A DNA stretch of 64,000 nucleotides from SAR202 cluster bacterium (lineage in GTDB: Bacteria > Chloroflexota > Dehalococcoidia > Lucifugimonadales > UBA3495), in the NCBI GenBank assembly GCA_013204585.1, contig JABMNL010000028.1:29669-93668 (forward strand), given 5' to 3'. Shown one piece after another: positions 9,064-17,866 of this stretch. The notes below the pieces were generated by a model, which did not search any database, was not told where the DNA came from, and worked only from the letters and a program-made list of their open reading frames with translations. Made by a program: the position numbers and the translations under genes. Numbering within the stretch: position 1 is the stretch's first letter; every line of letters starts with the position of its first letter.

Positions 9064-9861
9064 TTACTTTAGCCCGTCCAAGAACGCAGTTACCGCGTCG
9101 TTAAATTCCTGCGGTTTTTCCATCTGGGGACGATGGCCGCAGTTGTCAATCGACTTCAAGGTGGCGTTGGGCATCACCTTTGCGTAAATCTCTCCGCATT
9201 CCACCGGGATGATGGCGTCTTGCTTGCCCCAAACGACCAATGTCTTGGTTTGCACTCCGCCAAGATAATAGGGCAGACTGGGGTTGTGCAGATAGGGCTT
9301 CCAACACAGCCGCGACATCATCTCCATGTTGGCATGGTCGACCGCTGACTGCTCGGGTGTCATTTCAGCGGTGAATGCTTCGAAATTGGGCACCTGTGAC
9401 GCATCGTGGAACCCAAGTTTGAGACGGGCATCAGATGAAACCATGAAAATCTCGGTTATCTCGCCCTTCTCGGGCCGGATGCCAGCCGGGTCGACGAGCA
9501 CTATGCCCTTAATGTTGTGGCTGTCCATCGCTGCCATTTCGGCGGCAATCCAGCCACCAATCGAATGCCCAACCAAGACATAATCGTCTAGGCCCAACTC
9601 CCGAACCAAGTCCAAGGTGAAGTGGGCTACGTCATTAATCGTATACAGCCATTCCGGCCTGGAAGTGCCAAAGAAGCCGGGAAGAGAAGGCGCATATACG
9701 GTGAAGCGCTCTGCCAATGGTCCGGTGGTGGGGTCATAGGTGCCGAACCCCCCGCCTCCGTGCAGGAACAGAAGGGGCGAACCTGAACCGCCTTTATGCA
9801 TCTCAACTTCGTGTCCTGAAACCGTGACCATCGATTGGTTTGCGGTTTTCGCTAGAGTCAT
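9064..9861 (-). CDS. Alpha/beta-fold hydrolase (meta-cleavage-product hydrolase-like)
   Basis: 265-aa ORF. It has the oxyanion motif LLFLHGGGG, the nucleophile elbow GHSIGG and a C-terminal CGH catalytic His context. Confidence 0.8.
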   Translation of the reverse strand: MTLAKTANQSMVTVSGHEVEMHKGGSGSPLLFLHGGGGFGTYDPTTGPLAERFTVYAPSLPGFFGTSRPEWLYTINDVAHFTLDLVRELGLDDYVLVGHSIGGWIAAEMAAMDSHNIKGIVLVDPAGIRPEKGEITEIFMVSSDARLKLGFHDASQVPNFEAFTAEMTPEQSAVDHANMEMMSRLCWKPYLHNPSLPYYLGGVQTKTLVVWGKQDAIIPVECGEIYAKVMPNATLKSIDNCGHRPQMEKPQEFNDAVTAFLDGLK

Positions 9862-10006
9862 GCTTAGTCCCTCGTTCTTAACCGGATTTACCGCAGACTA
9901 TCCCTATGCCAGATAGGACTGGGGAGCTATTATTCAAGCCTGGCGCGCGGCACACCGATTCTGTTACAAACATAAGGTGATGTCAAGCCAGCGCCAGGCG
10001 AGCATC

Positions 10007-10035
10007 TTGACACCGTTCTGGCCCGTCAATACCAT
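10007..10035 (+). promoter_or_regulatory. Candidate sigma-70-type promoter for tRNA-Gln
   Basis: TTGACA, 17 nt spacer, TACCAT, about 90 nt upstream of the tRNA. Motif match only. Confidence 0.3.
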
Positions 10036-10126
10036 AGTTCTATTGTCATGTGACTGTGGACGCCAGTGTGATTGCCTGTCCGGCTGGCGTTCCAGGCTCA
10101 CGGGCTGCTGTATGCAGCCACAATGT

Positions 10127-10200
10127 TGGGGATTAGTCCAGCGGTAGGACGCCTGACTCTGAATCAGGAAACGGAGGTTCGAACCCTCCATCCCCAGCCA
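10127..10200 (+). tRNA. tRNA-Gln (anticodon CTG), CCA encoded
   Basis: 74-nt cloverleaf. Acceptor TGGGGAT/ATCCCCA, D stem GTCC/GGAC, anticodon stem CCTGA/TCAGG with loop CTCTGAA, T arm GGAGG-TTCGAAC-CCTCC, G plus CCA. Confidence 0.9.
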
Positions 10201-10259
10201 TTCGTATTGGCATTTGCGTAACTTCAGCGGTGTTACGCAATTTCAGGAGGAACCGAAAA

Positions 10260-10550
10260 ATGGCGCTATTTGTAGTTACCCACGAGCACACTGCCGAAAC
10301 TTGCCCTTCAGGGGACAAGCAGATGGCTCCGATGCTGCTTCAGCACCTATCCAAGCCAAATGCCAGCAAATTTGGCATCGACATCAAAGCATCAGCCGTC
10401 ATTGACGGAAAGCACACCTTGCAAATGATTCTGGACGCCGGTGACAGCGCAAAGGTCCATGAATTTATGGCGCCATTCAATCAGATGGGAACCGTTAATA
10501 TCTCCGAGGCCAACAGTTGCGAAACTGTGGTCGAACGGGCGAAGTGTTAG
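10260..10550 (+). CDS. Small conserved Cys/His protein, paralog 1 (possible dimeric alpha/beta-barrel, DUF3303/DUF4242-like fold)
   Basis: 96-aa ORF from ATG 10260 with AGGAGG RBS. Collinear with the 10824..11114 product: MxLFVVxHxHTxExCP ... FMAPF ... CETVV ... C at the C-terminus. Confidence 0.6.
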   Translation: MALFVVTHEHTAETCPSGDKQMAPMLLQHLSKPNASKFGIDIKASAVIDGKHTLQMILDAGDSAKVHEFMAPFNQMGTVNISEANSCETVVERAKC

Positions 10551-10639
10551 AAAGCTTCCTCGTTAATTAAAAATAATTAACAATTTCGGGAAATAACTTC
10601 CGGACCTGTGACAACAGGTTCATTAGAAATCGGGACATT

Positions 10640-10670
10640 AAAAAGGCAGCTCCCTGAGCTGCCTTTTTGT
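10640..10670 (+). terminator. Rho-independent terminator
   Basis: Stem AAGGCAGCTC/GAGCTGCCTT with a short loop, followed by TTTTG. Confidence 0.75.
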
Positions 10671-10823
10671 ATTCATCAATCATGGGTTTCATGCATGGGT
10701 TTCATGGATTTATTTATATTGGCAACCAGGATTCAACATTGGCGGTTAGTTTTTAATCAAGGCCGGACATACACTGGTAATTGACAGGTAACAGTAGAAG
10801 TAGCGCAATGCCTGGCACCCAAA

Positions 10824-11114
10824 ATGTCATTATTCGTTGTTAAACATCGCCATACACCGGAATCCTGCCCGGCCAAAGACCGGATATCTGGCACCTTTCT
10901 TTTAAGCCATCTGTCCCAAGCCACTGCAAGCCAATTCGGCGTCAAAATTCGGGCTACTGCAGTCTTAGATGGGCAGCACATCTTGGAATTAATTGTTGAT
11001 GCCAGCGACGAAATTTTAGTTGAGCGGTTCATGGCCCCGTTTGCGAAACTCGGCAATGTCGACATCATTCCAGCCAATACCTGCGAAACGGTGGTCTTAA
11101 GAGCCCAGTGCTAA
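10824..11114 (+). CDS. Small conserved Cys/His protein, paralog 2
   Basis: 96-aa ORF, same length and same conserved positions as 10260..10550. TTGACA-17-CGCAAT lies just upstream and there is no obvious SD. Confidence 0.6.
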   Translation: MSLFVVKHRHTPESCPAKDRISGTFLLSHLSQATASQFGVKIRATAVLDGQHILELIVDASDEILVERFMAPFAKLGNVDIIPANTCETVVLRAQC

Positions 11115-11665
11115 TCCTAACGCTTGGGTTGATACTCCCGGCCTGACCGTCTTCTGCTACAACGTTCCTCTCCAATAATCCTCCAGTGCCCCAGAATGCC
11201 CCCTTCCCCAGTAGGCAAGAAATTTCAGTAACCCTTTCTTCCCAGCCTGCCTGTACAAAACCTTTTGTGTGAATTCCGTATGAATTTAACGCTTGATTAT
11301 GATAGCTGGTACGCACAAATGCGCGTATCAGCCTCAAAATGAGCAATCAACTCCGAATACCGTGATAGCTCACCAAATTTAGTGCCCATATCGGTATTGT
11401 TGCAATCGTGGCCATACGGGCACACGGGAGTATAATTTCAATACTAAAGCTCGTAGAATGACGGATGAATGACGGATTTGATGTTACGTTAACTAAATTC
11501 GCTAACAAGTTACGGGTTTCAAAAGCGGTATAGCGTCATGGTTTACATGTTACCGGCGTTATTACCCCATATATGTCCGCACGATGGATGGACGCAGCCG
11601 GATCTCATACCGGCGGCGTCGGACCTCACCCTGATTGCTGGATACGTAGATATATAAGAGGATCC

Positions 11666-13390
11666 ATGGTTAGTCGAGCAACCCCCTCATTTGAAGAAAG
11701 GGTGGGCCAAGTCCTATTAGAGGGCGGGTTCATCACACAAGAGCAGTTAGACGGCGCTAGAACGGCCAGCGAGGCAGAATCTTCCAGTCTTCTAGACGCC
11801 ATGGTTTCCCATGGCATGCTTGCCCAAGAAACCTTAGTAACTGTCCTCAGCTTCCAACTTCGCATCCCCGTTGTTGACCTCCGGCATGTTCAAGTTGACC
11901 CCGACGCAGTTGCCTTGGTACCGGAAGATTACGCCCGTGCGCACCGGGTAATGCCCACTGGATTCGATGCCGACGGCTCCCTTCGCATCGCCACCCGGAT
12001 GCCCAACGATTTCCAGCTATCCTCAGAGCTTTCATCCATTACAGGTCGCCAAACCAAGTTCGTTTTGGCCATCGGTGGAAAACTAGACGACCTGATTAAC
12101 CGGGTCTACAACTCGGCTCCGTCCGCGCCTGTAGCCGCGCCCCCTGGTAATAATGGCGGCGGCACTAGAACTATTTCTCCTGCGGCGGCCAAGGGCGAAG
12201 CCACCTTCTTGGGCCAGGACATTAGTACGTTACCCGCCATGCAAGCGGTGGACATGGTGACCTTGCAGGCAGTCAAAGCCAATGCTTCCGATATCCACAT
12301 GGTTCCCACCGCTGACTCGGCCAAGGTACTGTTCCGAATGGACGGCCAGCTACGACAAATGGTGGTACTGCCCCTAACCCTGCATGAAAGTATGGTTTCC
12401 AGAATCAAAGTCGAATCTGGAATGGACATCTCTGAAGACCGGCGTCCCCAGGACGGTGGATTCAGCTTGAAATTCGGCGAGCGCCGAGTGGAATTTCGTG
12501 TCGCTTCCATTGGGACCACCTGGGGCGAGATGATGGTAATTCGTGTTCTCGACCAGTCCGGCGGTCTCTTATCGCTTGAAGCATTGGGCATGGACCCCCA
12601 GAGCCTACAGGTATGGCGTTCCTTATTGGATTTGCCCTACGGTATGTTGCTGGTGTCTGGTCCTACCGGCTCAGGAAAGACCACCACCCTCTACGCCTCG
12701 GTTGCCGAACTAATCACATCCCGTGGCAACATCATGTCCGTCGAAGACCCCATTGAATACCGCATGGACGGGGTCAATCAGATCCAAGTAAACCGAGCGG
12801 CTGGAGTCGACTTCCCGGCGGGACTCAGGTCCATCATGCGCCTTGACCCCGACATTATCTTGGTCGGTGAGATACGGGACAAAGAAACAGCGACCACCGC
12901 CGTCAACGCCGCAATGACCGGCCACTTGGTTCTAGCTTCCATTCACAGCAACGATGCAGCATCATCCATCGTCCGCCTAATTGATTTAGGCGTGGAGCCA
13001 TTTCTGGCCGCTACCGGCGTTATTGGCTGCCTGGCCCAGCGCTTGGTACGCCAAGTATGCCCTCAGTGCAGCCAGCCTAAGGAAGCAACGGCAACCGAGG
13101 CGATTGCTTACGAGCAGGAGATGCAACAGCCAGTGCCACAGTTCATGTCCGGGCCGGGGTGCAATTTCTGCGGCGACTCTGGTTTCGTGGGGCGGAGCGG
13201 AGTGTTTGAAGTCCTCTCCGTAGACGAATCAATGCGGAGAAAGATTTCTCAGGGCTCCAGCGGCCCTGATATTCGTGAATCGGCGGTTAAGAGCGGAATG
13301 GTCACCATGCGCCGGGCCGGGATGCAAATGGCCCAAGCCGGAAAGACCACCCTGTCTGAAGTATTCCGTAGCGTCTTCTTCCTCGATTGA
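11666..13390 (+). CDS. pilB: Type IV pilus assembly ATPase (GspE/PilB family)
   Basis: Start chosen at ATG 11666 (AAGAGGA RBS). It has an N-terminal T2SSE_N-like domain, Walker A GPTGSGKTTT, Walker B DPDIILVGEIRD, His box GHLVLASIHSN and a tetracysteine CPQC...CNFC. Confidence 0.9.
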   Translation: MVSRATPSFEERVGQVLLEGGFITQEQLDGARTASEAESSSLLDAMVSHGMLAQETLVTVLSFQLRIPVVDLRHVQVDPDAVALVPEDYARAHRVMPTGFDADGSLRIATRMPNDFQLSSELSSITGRQTKFVLAIGGKLDDLINRVYNSAPSAPVAAPPGNNGGGTRTISPAAAKGEATFLGQDISTLPAMQAVDMVTLQAVKANASDIHMVPTADSAKVLFRMDGQLRQMVVLPLTLHESMVSRIKVESGMDISEDRRPQDGGFSLKFGERRVEFRVASIGTTWGEMMVIRVLDQSGGLLSLEALGMDPQSLQVWRSLLDLPYGMLLVSGPTGSGKTTTLYASVAELITSRGNIMSVEDPIEYRMDGVNQIQVNRAAGVDFPAGLRSIMRLDPDIILVGEIRDKETATTAVNAAMTGHLVLASIHSNDAASSIVRLIDLGVEPFLAATGVIGCLAQRLVRQVCPQCSQPKEATATEAIAYEQEMQQPVPQFMSGPGCNFCGDSGFVGRSGVFEVLSVDESMRRKISQGSSGPDIRESAVKSGMVTMRRAGMQMAQAGKTTLSEVFRSVFFLD

Positions 13391-13510
13391 TTGATGATAA
13401 AAACTCATCTGGGACATAGACTAGGCAGCGTGGCTGTCGTGCTGGCTTGACCACGGTGGGGATTGGGAAGACGATAGCCTTAAAGACACCAATAGCGCAG
13501 TTAGATTGCA

Positions 13511-14719
13511 ATGGTAGTTAGATACGTAGCATATACATGGCAAGGTGAAAAGGTTGAGGGCGTCTTGAACGTCGACCGGGAAGATGTAGCCCGGGAGATG
13601 CTTCAGAAAGACGACCTAATACCGTACGAAGTGGTACGAGTACGGCCAATCCCTTCTCTCTCACGTTTTGCTCCAATGCTGTTTCAACCTAAGCCCCAAG
13701 AAGTGATTGAATTCACCCGGGGTCTAGCGGCGTTGATTCGCTCCGGAATTCCCATACGCGAAGGACTGACCATTCTGCGAGGTCAGGGCGTTGGGTTGGG
13801 CATGAAAGAGATTGTGCGGCAGCTAATTGCTGCCATCGAGGACGGAAGCCGGTTGTCCGACGCCTGCGCTAGGCATCCTAGAGTGTTTTCCGGCTTCTAC
13901 ATAAGATTGTTGCGTGTGGGAGAAGCCACCGGAAGAATGCCCGAGTCGTTACAGCAACTTGCGGAAACCTTACTTAAGGGCAAGGCCATGCGGGACAAAG
14001 TTAAAGGCGCATTGGTCTACCCCGCCATCAGCATGGTTGTAGCCATTCTTGTCGCCGTTATTCTGTTGGTCTACTCTTTGCCCGCAATCGTTAACCTGCT
14101 TGCCGAGTTCGGCGGTGAACTGCCGTTGGCCACACGATTGTTAATTGAAGTTTCTGAATTCGTTCAGGCCTACAAGATGGTCATATTCATCGTATTAGCA
14201 ACCGTACTGGTCGGCAGTTGGCTGACTTCTAAGACTGTGCGTGGCCGCCGCGTAATGGACAGATATTTCCTAAAGTTTCCGATAATTGGCAGCGTGTTGA
14301 TGCAGAGTAACCTCTTCAACCTCACGTCCACTTTCGGAACATTACTACGTTCTGGTATCCCATCCATGGAAGCTCTAAGATTGTCAAAAGACAGCCTGGG
14401 AAATGTAATTCTGCGGGAACGGCTGGACGACATCATCAACGATGTGGAAGGTGGAACTCGATTGGGGTCTTCATTCCGCGAATATTGGCCTAGCCCACCT
14501 CTCCTCTCCCAAGGCATGATTACCGGCGAGGCAACCGGAAACTTGCCGGAAGCTCTCAACAACATGGCGGAATACTACGAGCAAGAAGCAACCAGGACTG
14601 TTAGTGGAGCTACCGAGTTGATTCAGCCGGCGGTCATCCTATTGGTCGCAGGACTGGTAGGTTTCGTGGCTATCGCCGTGGTGGGAGGAGTCTACTCCGC
14701 TCTTGATTCAATTGAATAA
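13511..14719 (+). CDS. pilC: Type IV pilus platform protein (GspF/PilC family)
   Basis: 402-aa ORF with two T2SSF-like repeats and three TM segments, immediately downstream of pilB. Confidence 0.85.
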   Translation: MVVRYVAYTWQGEKVEGVLNVDREDVAREMLQKDDLIPYEVVRVRPIPSLSRFAPMLFQPKPQEVIEFTRGLAALIRSGIPIREGLTILRGQGVGLGMKEIVRQLIAAIEDGSRLSDACARHPRVFSGFYIRLLRVGEATGRMPESLQQLAETLLKGKAMRDKVKGALVYPAISMVVAILVAVILLVYSLPAIVNLLAEFGGELPLATRLLIEVSEFVQAYKMVIFIVLATVLVGSWLTSKTVRGRRVMDRYFLKFPIIGSVLMQSNLFNLTSTFGTLLRSGIPSMEALRLSKDSLGNVILRERLDDIINDVEGGTRLGSSFREYWPSPPLLSQGMITGEATGNLPEALNNMAEYYEQEATRTVSGATELIQPAVILLVAGLVGFVAIAVVGGVYSALDSIE

Positions 14720-14883
14720 TCATCTGTATAGACGGCATAGCGGATAACCTGGGCATATCATCAATAATCGCCAAGTTTTGGAGCTTGACGGCCCAGAATA
14801 GTCTGGCACATTAATTGCGTTAGTCTGACGGTCAAGAGCTCTCTTGGGAGCCACTAGACCGAATCGTCAAAAAGGTCGGACCC

Positions 14884-15204
14884 GTGGCAGAAAATCAACC
14901 CAATGACTATCCCGTAGAACTGGAAGACACCTACGAGGACGAAGCCAACCAGAACCGGGACAAGTCGCGGAAGAGCAGAAATGCCTCCCGGGAACAGACC
15001 CGTTACTGGCGCAGAGTGCCCTCTGTTAACGTTCTTCCCGGCGAAAAGAAGCAGCTTCCCGCCAATTTCCTGATGCGTAGCGTGCTGGTTGTTGCCATCG
15101 GGTTGCTGGTATTGGTATCTGTGGCCAGGTACCTAGACTGGCACGACTTCGAGAAACGGGCTGAGACATCTTTGGTGTTATCTCAATCAGTCCAGGGAAT
15201 TTAG
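14884..15204 (+). CDS. PilN-like protein, N-terminal part (cytoplasmic tail plus single TM)
   Basis: 106-aa ORF (GTG start) with a charged N-terminus then TM LMRSVLVVAIGLLVLVSVARYL. It ends inside what looks like the coiled-coil start. The next frame continues from 15165. Confidence 0.4.
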   Translation: MAENQPNDYPVELEDTYEDEANQNRDKSRKSRNASREQTRYWRRVPSVNVLPGEKKQLPANFLMRSVLVVAIGLLVLVSVARYLDWHDFEKRAETSLVLSQSVQGI

Positions 15205-15251
15205 ACGCCCGAAAAAGTGAAATCGAGCCCCTTCAATCTCAAATTAACCTG

Positions 15252-15554
15252 TTGGCGTCGGAACTGGATTCAGCTCAGACGACCTACACTTTAGCAACTG
15301 CGGCGAACACCGATTGGTTCACCGCCATGAACGGCTTATTCGCCATCTCAGTAAGCGGCGTGGAGTTCCTATCAGTCACGGCTGATGAAGATGGCAAGGT
15401 AACCCTGGTCGGCATCGCGACTAGTCCCGATGCCATCTCATCCCTTCCCATCCAGTTAAGCCAATTAGCTGGCATCGTAAACCTACTGGGAATCCAATGG
15501 GATGCAGCAGTCACACCGCCAGCGTTTACCGCAAAGTTTCAGGTGGACCGATGA
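15252..15554 (+). CDS. PilN-like protein, C-terminal part (possible frameshifted continuation)
   Basis: The frame is open from 15165 and reads ...NLDARKSEIEPLQSQINLLASELDSAQ..., a coiled-coil plus beta-rich domain as in PilN periplasmic parts. The stop overlaps the next ATG. Confidence 0.4.
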   Translation: MASELDSAQTTYTLATAANTDWFTAMNGLFAISVSGVEFLSVTADEDGKVTLVGIATSPDAISSLPIQLSQLAGIVNLLGIQWDAAVTPPAFTAKFQVDR

Positions 15555-16120
15555 ACCGTCGATTCTCGTTAGAACAATTGCAATCCCTGCGTAAACCGGA
15601 ATCATTGCTGGTTCTCATCCTTTTGGTCGTCGTCGTTGCTTGGTACTACCTCGACGGGAAGGCCAGCGATGCCGATGCGGAGCTACTCTCCGTCGAAACG
15701 ACCCTTGCTGCCGCCCAAGATGACCTAAGGTATTGGACCAATAATTTCGACCAACTAACGCTCCAAGACGAATTAGCGGTCATAATTTCCGCTCCCAAAC
15801 CACCCACTCTGCCCACCCAATCCGAAGCCCTAGGGTTCAGGACCTCCCTGATGACCTACGCTTCGCAGCAACAACTGCCCTTAAGTTCATTAGAGGTCTT
15901 GGATATCACCCGTGAACTGGGCGATTCCCAGTATCCGGCTGTCCGCTACGTAATAGTCATCAGCGGAGAATTAAATGCACTGGTGGGGTCAATGCGTATC
16001 TTTGAGTCATTCTCAACAGCGTCGGTCCAGAGCATGGATTTCTTTCGCGCTGATCAAGGGCCAAACATTTGGGGGCTGAGCATCACCCTGGACGTTATTC
16101 ACCAGCCGGAGGAAACATAG
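15551..16120 (+). CDS. PilO-like pilus alignment protein
   Basis: Start at ATG 15551 (ATGA overlap with the previous stop). Short N-terminus, TM LLVLILLVVVVAWYY, coiled-coil, then a C-terminal domain. Position is between the PilN-like and PilM-like genes. Confidence 0.45.
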   Translation: MNRRFSLEQLQSLRKPESLLVLILLVVVVAWYYLDGKASDADAELLSVETTLAAAQDDLRYWTNNFDQLTLQDELAVIISAPKPPTLPTQSEALGFRTSLMTYASQQQLPLSSLEVLDITRELGDSQYPAVRYVIVISGELNALVGSMRIFESFSTASVQSMDFFRADQGPNIWGLSITLDVIHQPEET

Positions 16121-16124
16121 CAAA

Positions 16125-17048
16125 ATGGCCGACACTTATTCGTCCAAGGGAAAAAGGACTGCCTCAATATCCATTGAACACGGCTTGGTAAAGTTGATGG
16201 TCTCCAAAGGTCAGATTATCAACGACTACCGCGTGGTACTGGCCAACCCCCGTTTCTTCCGTGAAGGCCACATCAGCAACGCGTCCAGAGTCGCCAACCT
16301 GCTTGAAGATGTGCTACCCCAGATGAACGGCAAGTACAAACTCGCCACCGCTGTGGTTCCTGGGTTCCAAAACCGATTGCGCATTCTGGAATTCCCCAAG
16401 GGAACTGGGTTCGACCCTCGGAAAGTGATTACCCAAGAGGCAGCCCGCACAATGCACGTTACTCCAGAAAACTATTACATCACCTGGCACAGATTGCCAG
16501 ACAGTTTCGACCGGTCTCGCTGGCTGGTGTTGGCTGCGCTTCGCCGGGCCATCACATCGCTCATAGAAACCGCTAATAAGGCGGATATGCACATATCTGC
16601 CATGGAACTTCGTCCCTTCGCTCTGGCCAGAGCCATTAACCAACCTGAGGCCGTCATCACTTGGGCGGCGCCGGACGGTTGCGACGTGGTCATCGTTAAA
16701 AACTCTGTTCCCGTTGAGCACCAGAGCCTTTTCTGGGGCGCAGACTTGGTTGAAGATGCAGTCCTCATAGACCGGCTCACCGAGGTGACCTCCCGAACTC
16801 TAAACACATTCAGCGAAAGCTCTCCTGAAGGGCCTTTGCCCGACGATACTCCGTTATACATCTGCGGGTCGCCCATCAGTCGGCAACCGATTCTCCACGA
16901 CGACCAAAGAGGGTTCGCCATTACCCAGCAGATATGCCAGAGCCTGCGCCTGCCCAGAGGTGAGATAAATCTACCCATGAAATGCGGCGAAGATTTCCCT
17001 TCCAATGACCTTATCGTTAACGCTGGCCTTGCCCTTCGCGGCGTCTAA
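16125..17048 (+). CDS. PilM-like actin-fold pilus assembly protein
   Basis: 307-aa ORF. Its pattern resembles PilM (VVPGFQNRLRILEFP..., ANKADMHISAMELRPFALARA). The N-terminal phosphate-1 Asp appears replaced (SIEHG). Confidence 0.5.
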   Translation: MADTYSSKGKRTASISIEHGLVKLMVSKGQIINDYRVVLANPRFFREGHISNASRVANLLEDVLPQMNGKYKLATAVVPGFQNRLRILEFPKGTGFDPRKVITQEAARTMHVTPENYYITWHRLPDSFDRSRWLVLAALRRAITSLIETANKADMHISAMELRPFALARAINQPEAVITWAAPDGCDVVIVKNSVPVEHQSLFWGADLVEDAVLIDRLTEVTSRTLNTFSESSPEGPLPDDTPLYICGSPISRQPILHDDQRGFAITQQICQSLRLPRGEINLPMKCGEDFPSNDLIVNAGLALRGV

Positions 17049-17062
17049 ACAATAACCGATTT

Positions 17063-17866
17063 ATGTTGGGCATAATCGCCTTCTTCATTGGCGCATCCGT
17101 AGGTAGCTTCCTCAATGTAGCAGCCGACCGGGTGCCAGACGGTCGGTCTTTGATACGCCCCAAATCTTATTGTGAAAGTTGCGAGCGTTCGTTGGCGTAT
17201 ATCGACATGGTCCCAGTGCTCAGCTACCTCTGGCTGAGAGGGAAATGTCGCAACTGCAAGGCCAAAATTCCCCTTCGCGTCGCTGTGGTGGAGGCAGCCA
17301 CCGGAGCATTATTTTTGTCCGTCTACTTGCTCTATGGATTTGGACTGGACTTCGTGGTCGTCTCCGCTTGCCTAGCTCTGCTTGTTGTCGTCTCCATGAC
17401 CGACCTGGAACGCGGGCTGATTCTAGACGTGATGGTCTTTCCAGCCATAGTTCTGTTGCTGTTCATGGCCCCTTTTTGGACGGAAATTGGGTTCCCTAGA
17501 GGGTTCTTAGGCGATGAAACCTTAATCGCTTCGTTCGCTAATTCAACTCTGTCGGGGCTGGGGGCATTTCTCGCCTTTTTGATAGTCGCCATGATTAATC
17601 CGGCTGGCATGGGCGGTGGAGACGTCAAATTCGCCGCCGTTTTGGGGCTAATGGTGGGCTTCCCAGGAATCCTAATCTCGTTGTGGATTTCGGTGATTGG
17701 AGGCGGGCTCATTGCCATTACCCTGATATTGACTGGAAAGAAGAACCGCAAGGACACCATACCCTTCGGGCCTTTTATGGCCATCGGCACGGCTGCGGTT
17801 CTCATCGCCGGGCCGGACATCATTCACTGGTATCAAGATTTGGCAACTGCGGTCTCAGGCACATGA
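17063..17866 (+). CDS. pilD: Prepilin peptidase (A24 family)
   Basis: 267-aa polytopic ORF. It has an N-terminal FLNVAADRVP plus Cys pairs CESC...CRNC, and the catalytic region GMGGGDVKFAAVLG. Confidence 0.85.
   Translation: MLGIIAFFIGASVGSFLNVAADRVPDGRSLIRPKSYCESCERSLAYIDMVPVLSYLWLRGKCRNCKAKIPLRVAVVEAATGALFLSVYLLYGFGLDFVVVSACLALLVVVSMTDLERGLILDVMVFPAIVLLLFMAPFWTEIGFPRGFLGDETLIASFANSTLSGLGAFLAFLIVAMINPAGMGGGDVKFAAVLGLMVGFPGILISLWISVIGGGLIAITLILTGKKNRKDTIPFGPFMAIGTAAVLIAGPDIIHWYQDLATAVSGT

Noticed and set aside
11431-11436. TATAAT hexamer upstream of pilB as a promoter -10
   Set aside because: The nearest TTGCAA lies 25 nt upstream, which is the wrong spacing, and there is no acceptable -35. 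A single hexamer in AT-rich DNA is not evidence.
11573-11665. N-terminal 31-aa extension of pilB in the ORF track (similarly 17683-17862 for the kinase, 29570-29680 for the exonuclease, 31375-31458 for the SBP, 53757-53798 for pheT)
   Set aside because: The downstream ATGs have better RBS or overlap-coupling context and match the conserved N-termini of the families. The extensions overlap upstream genes or repeats.
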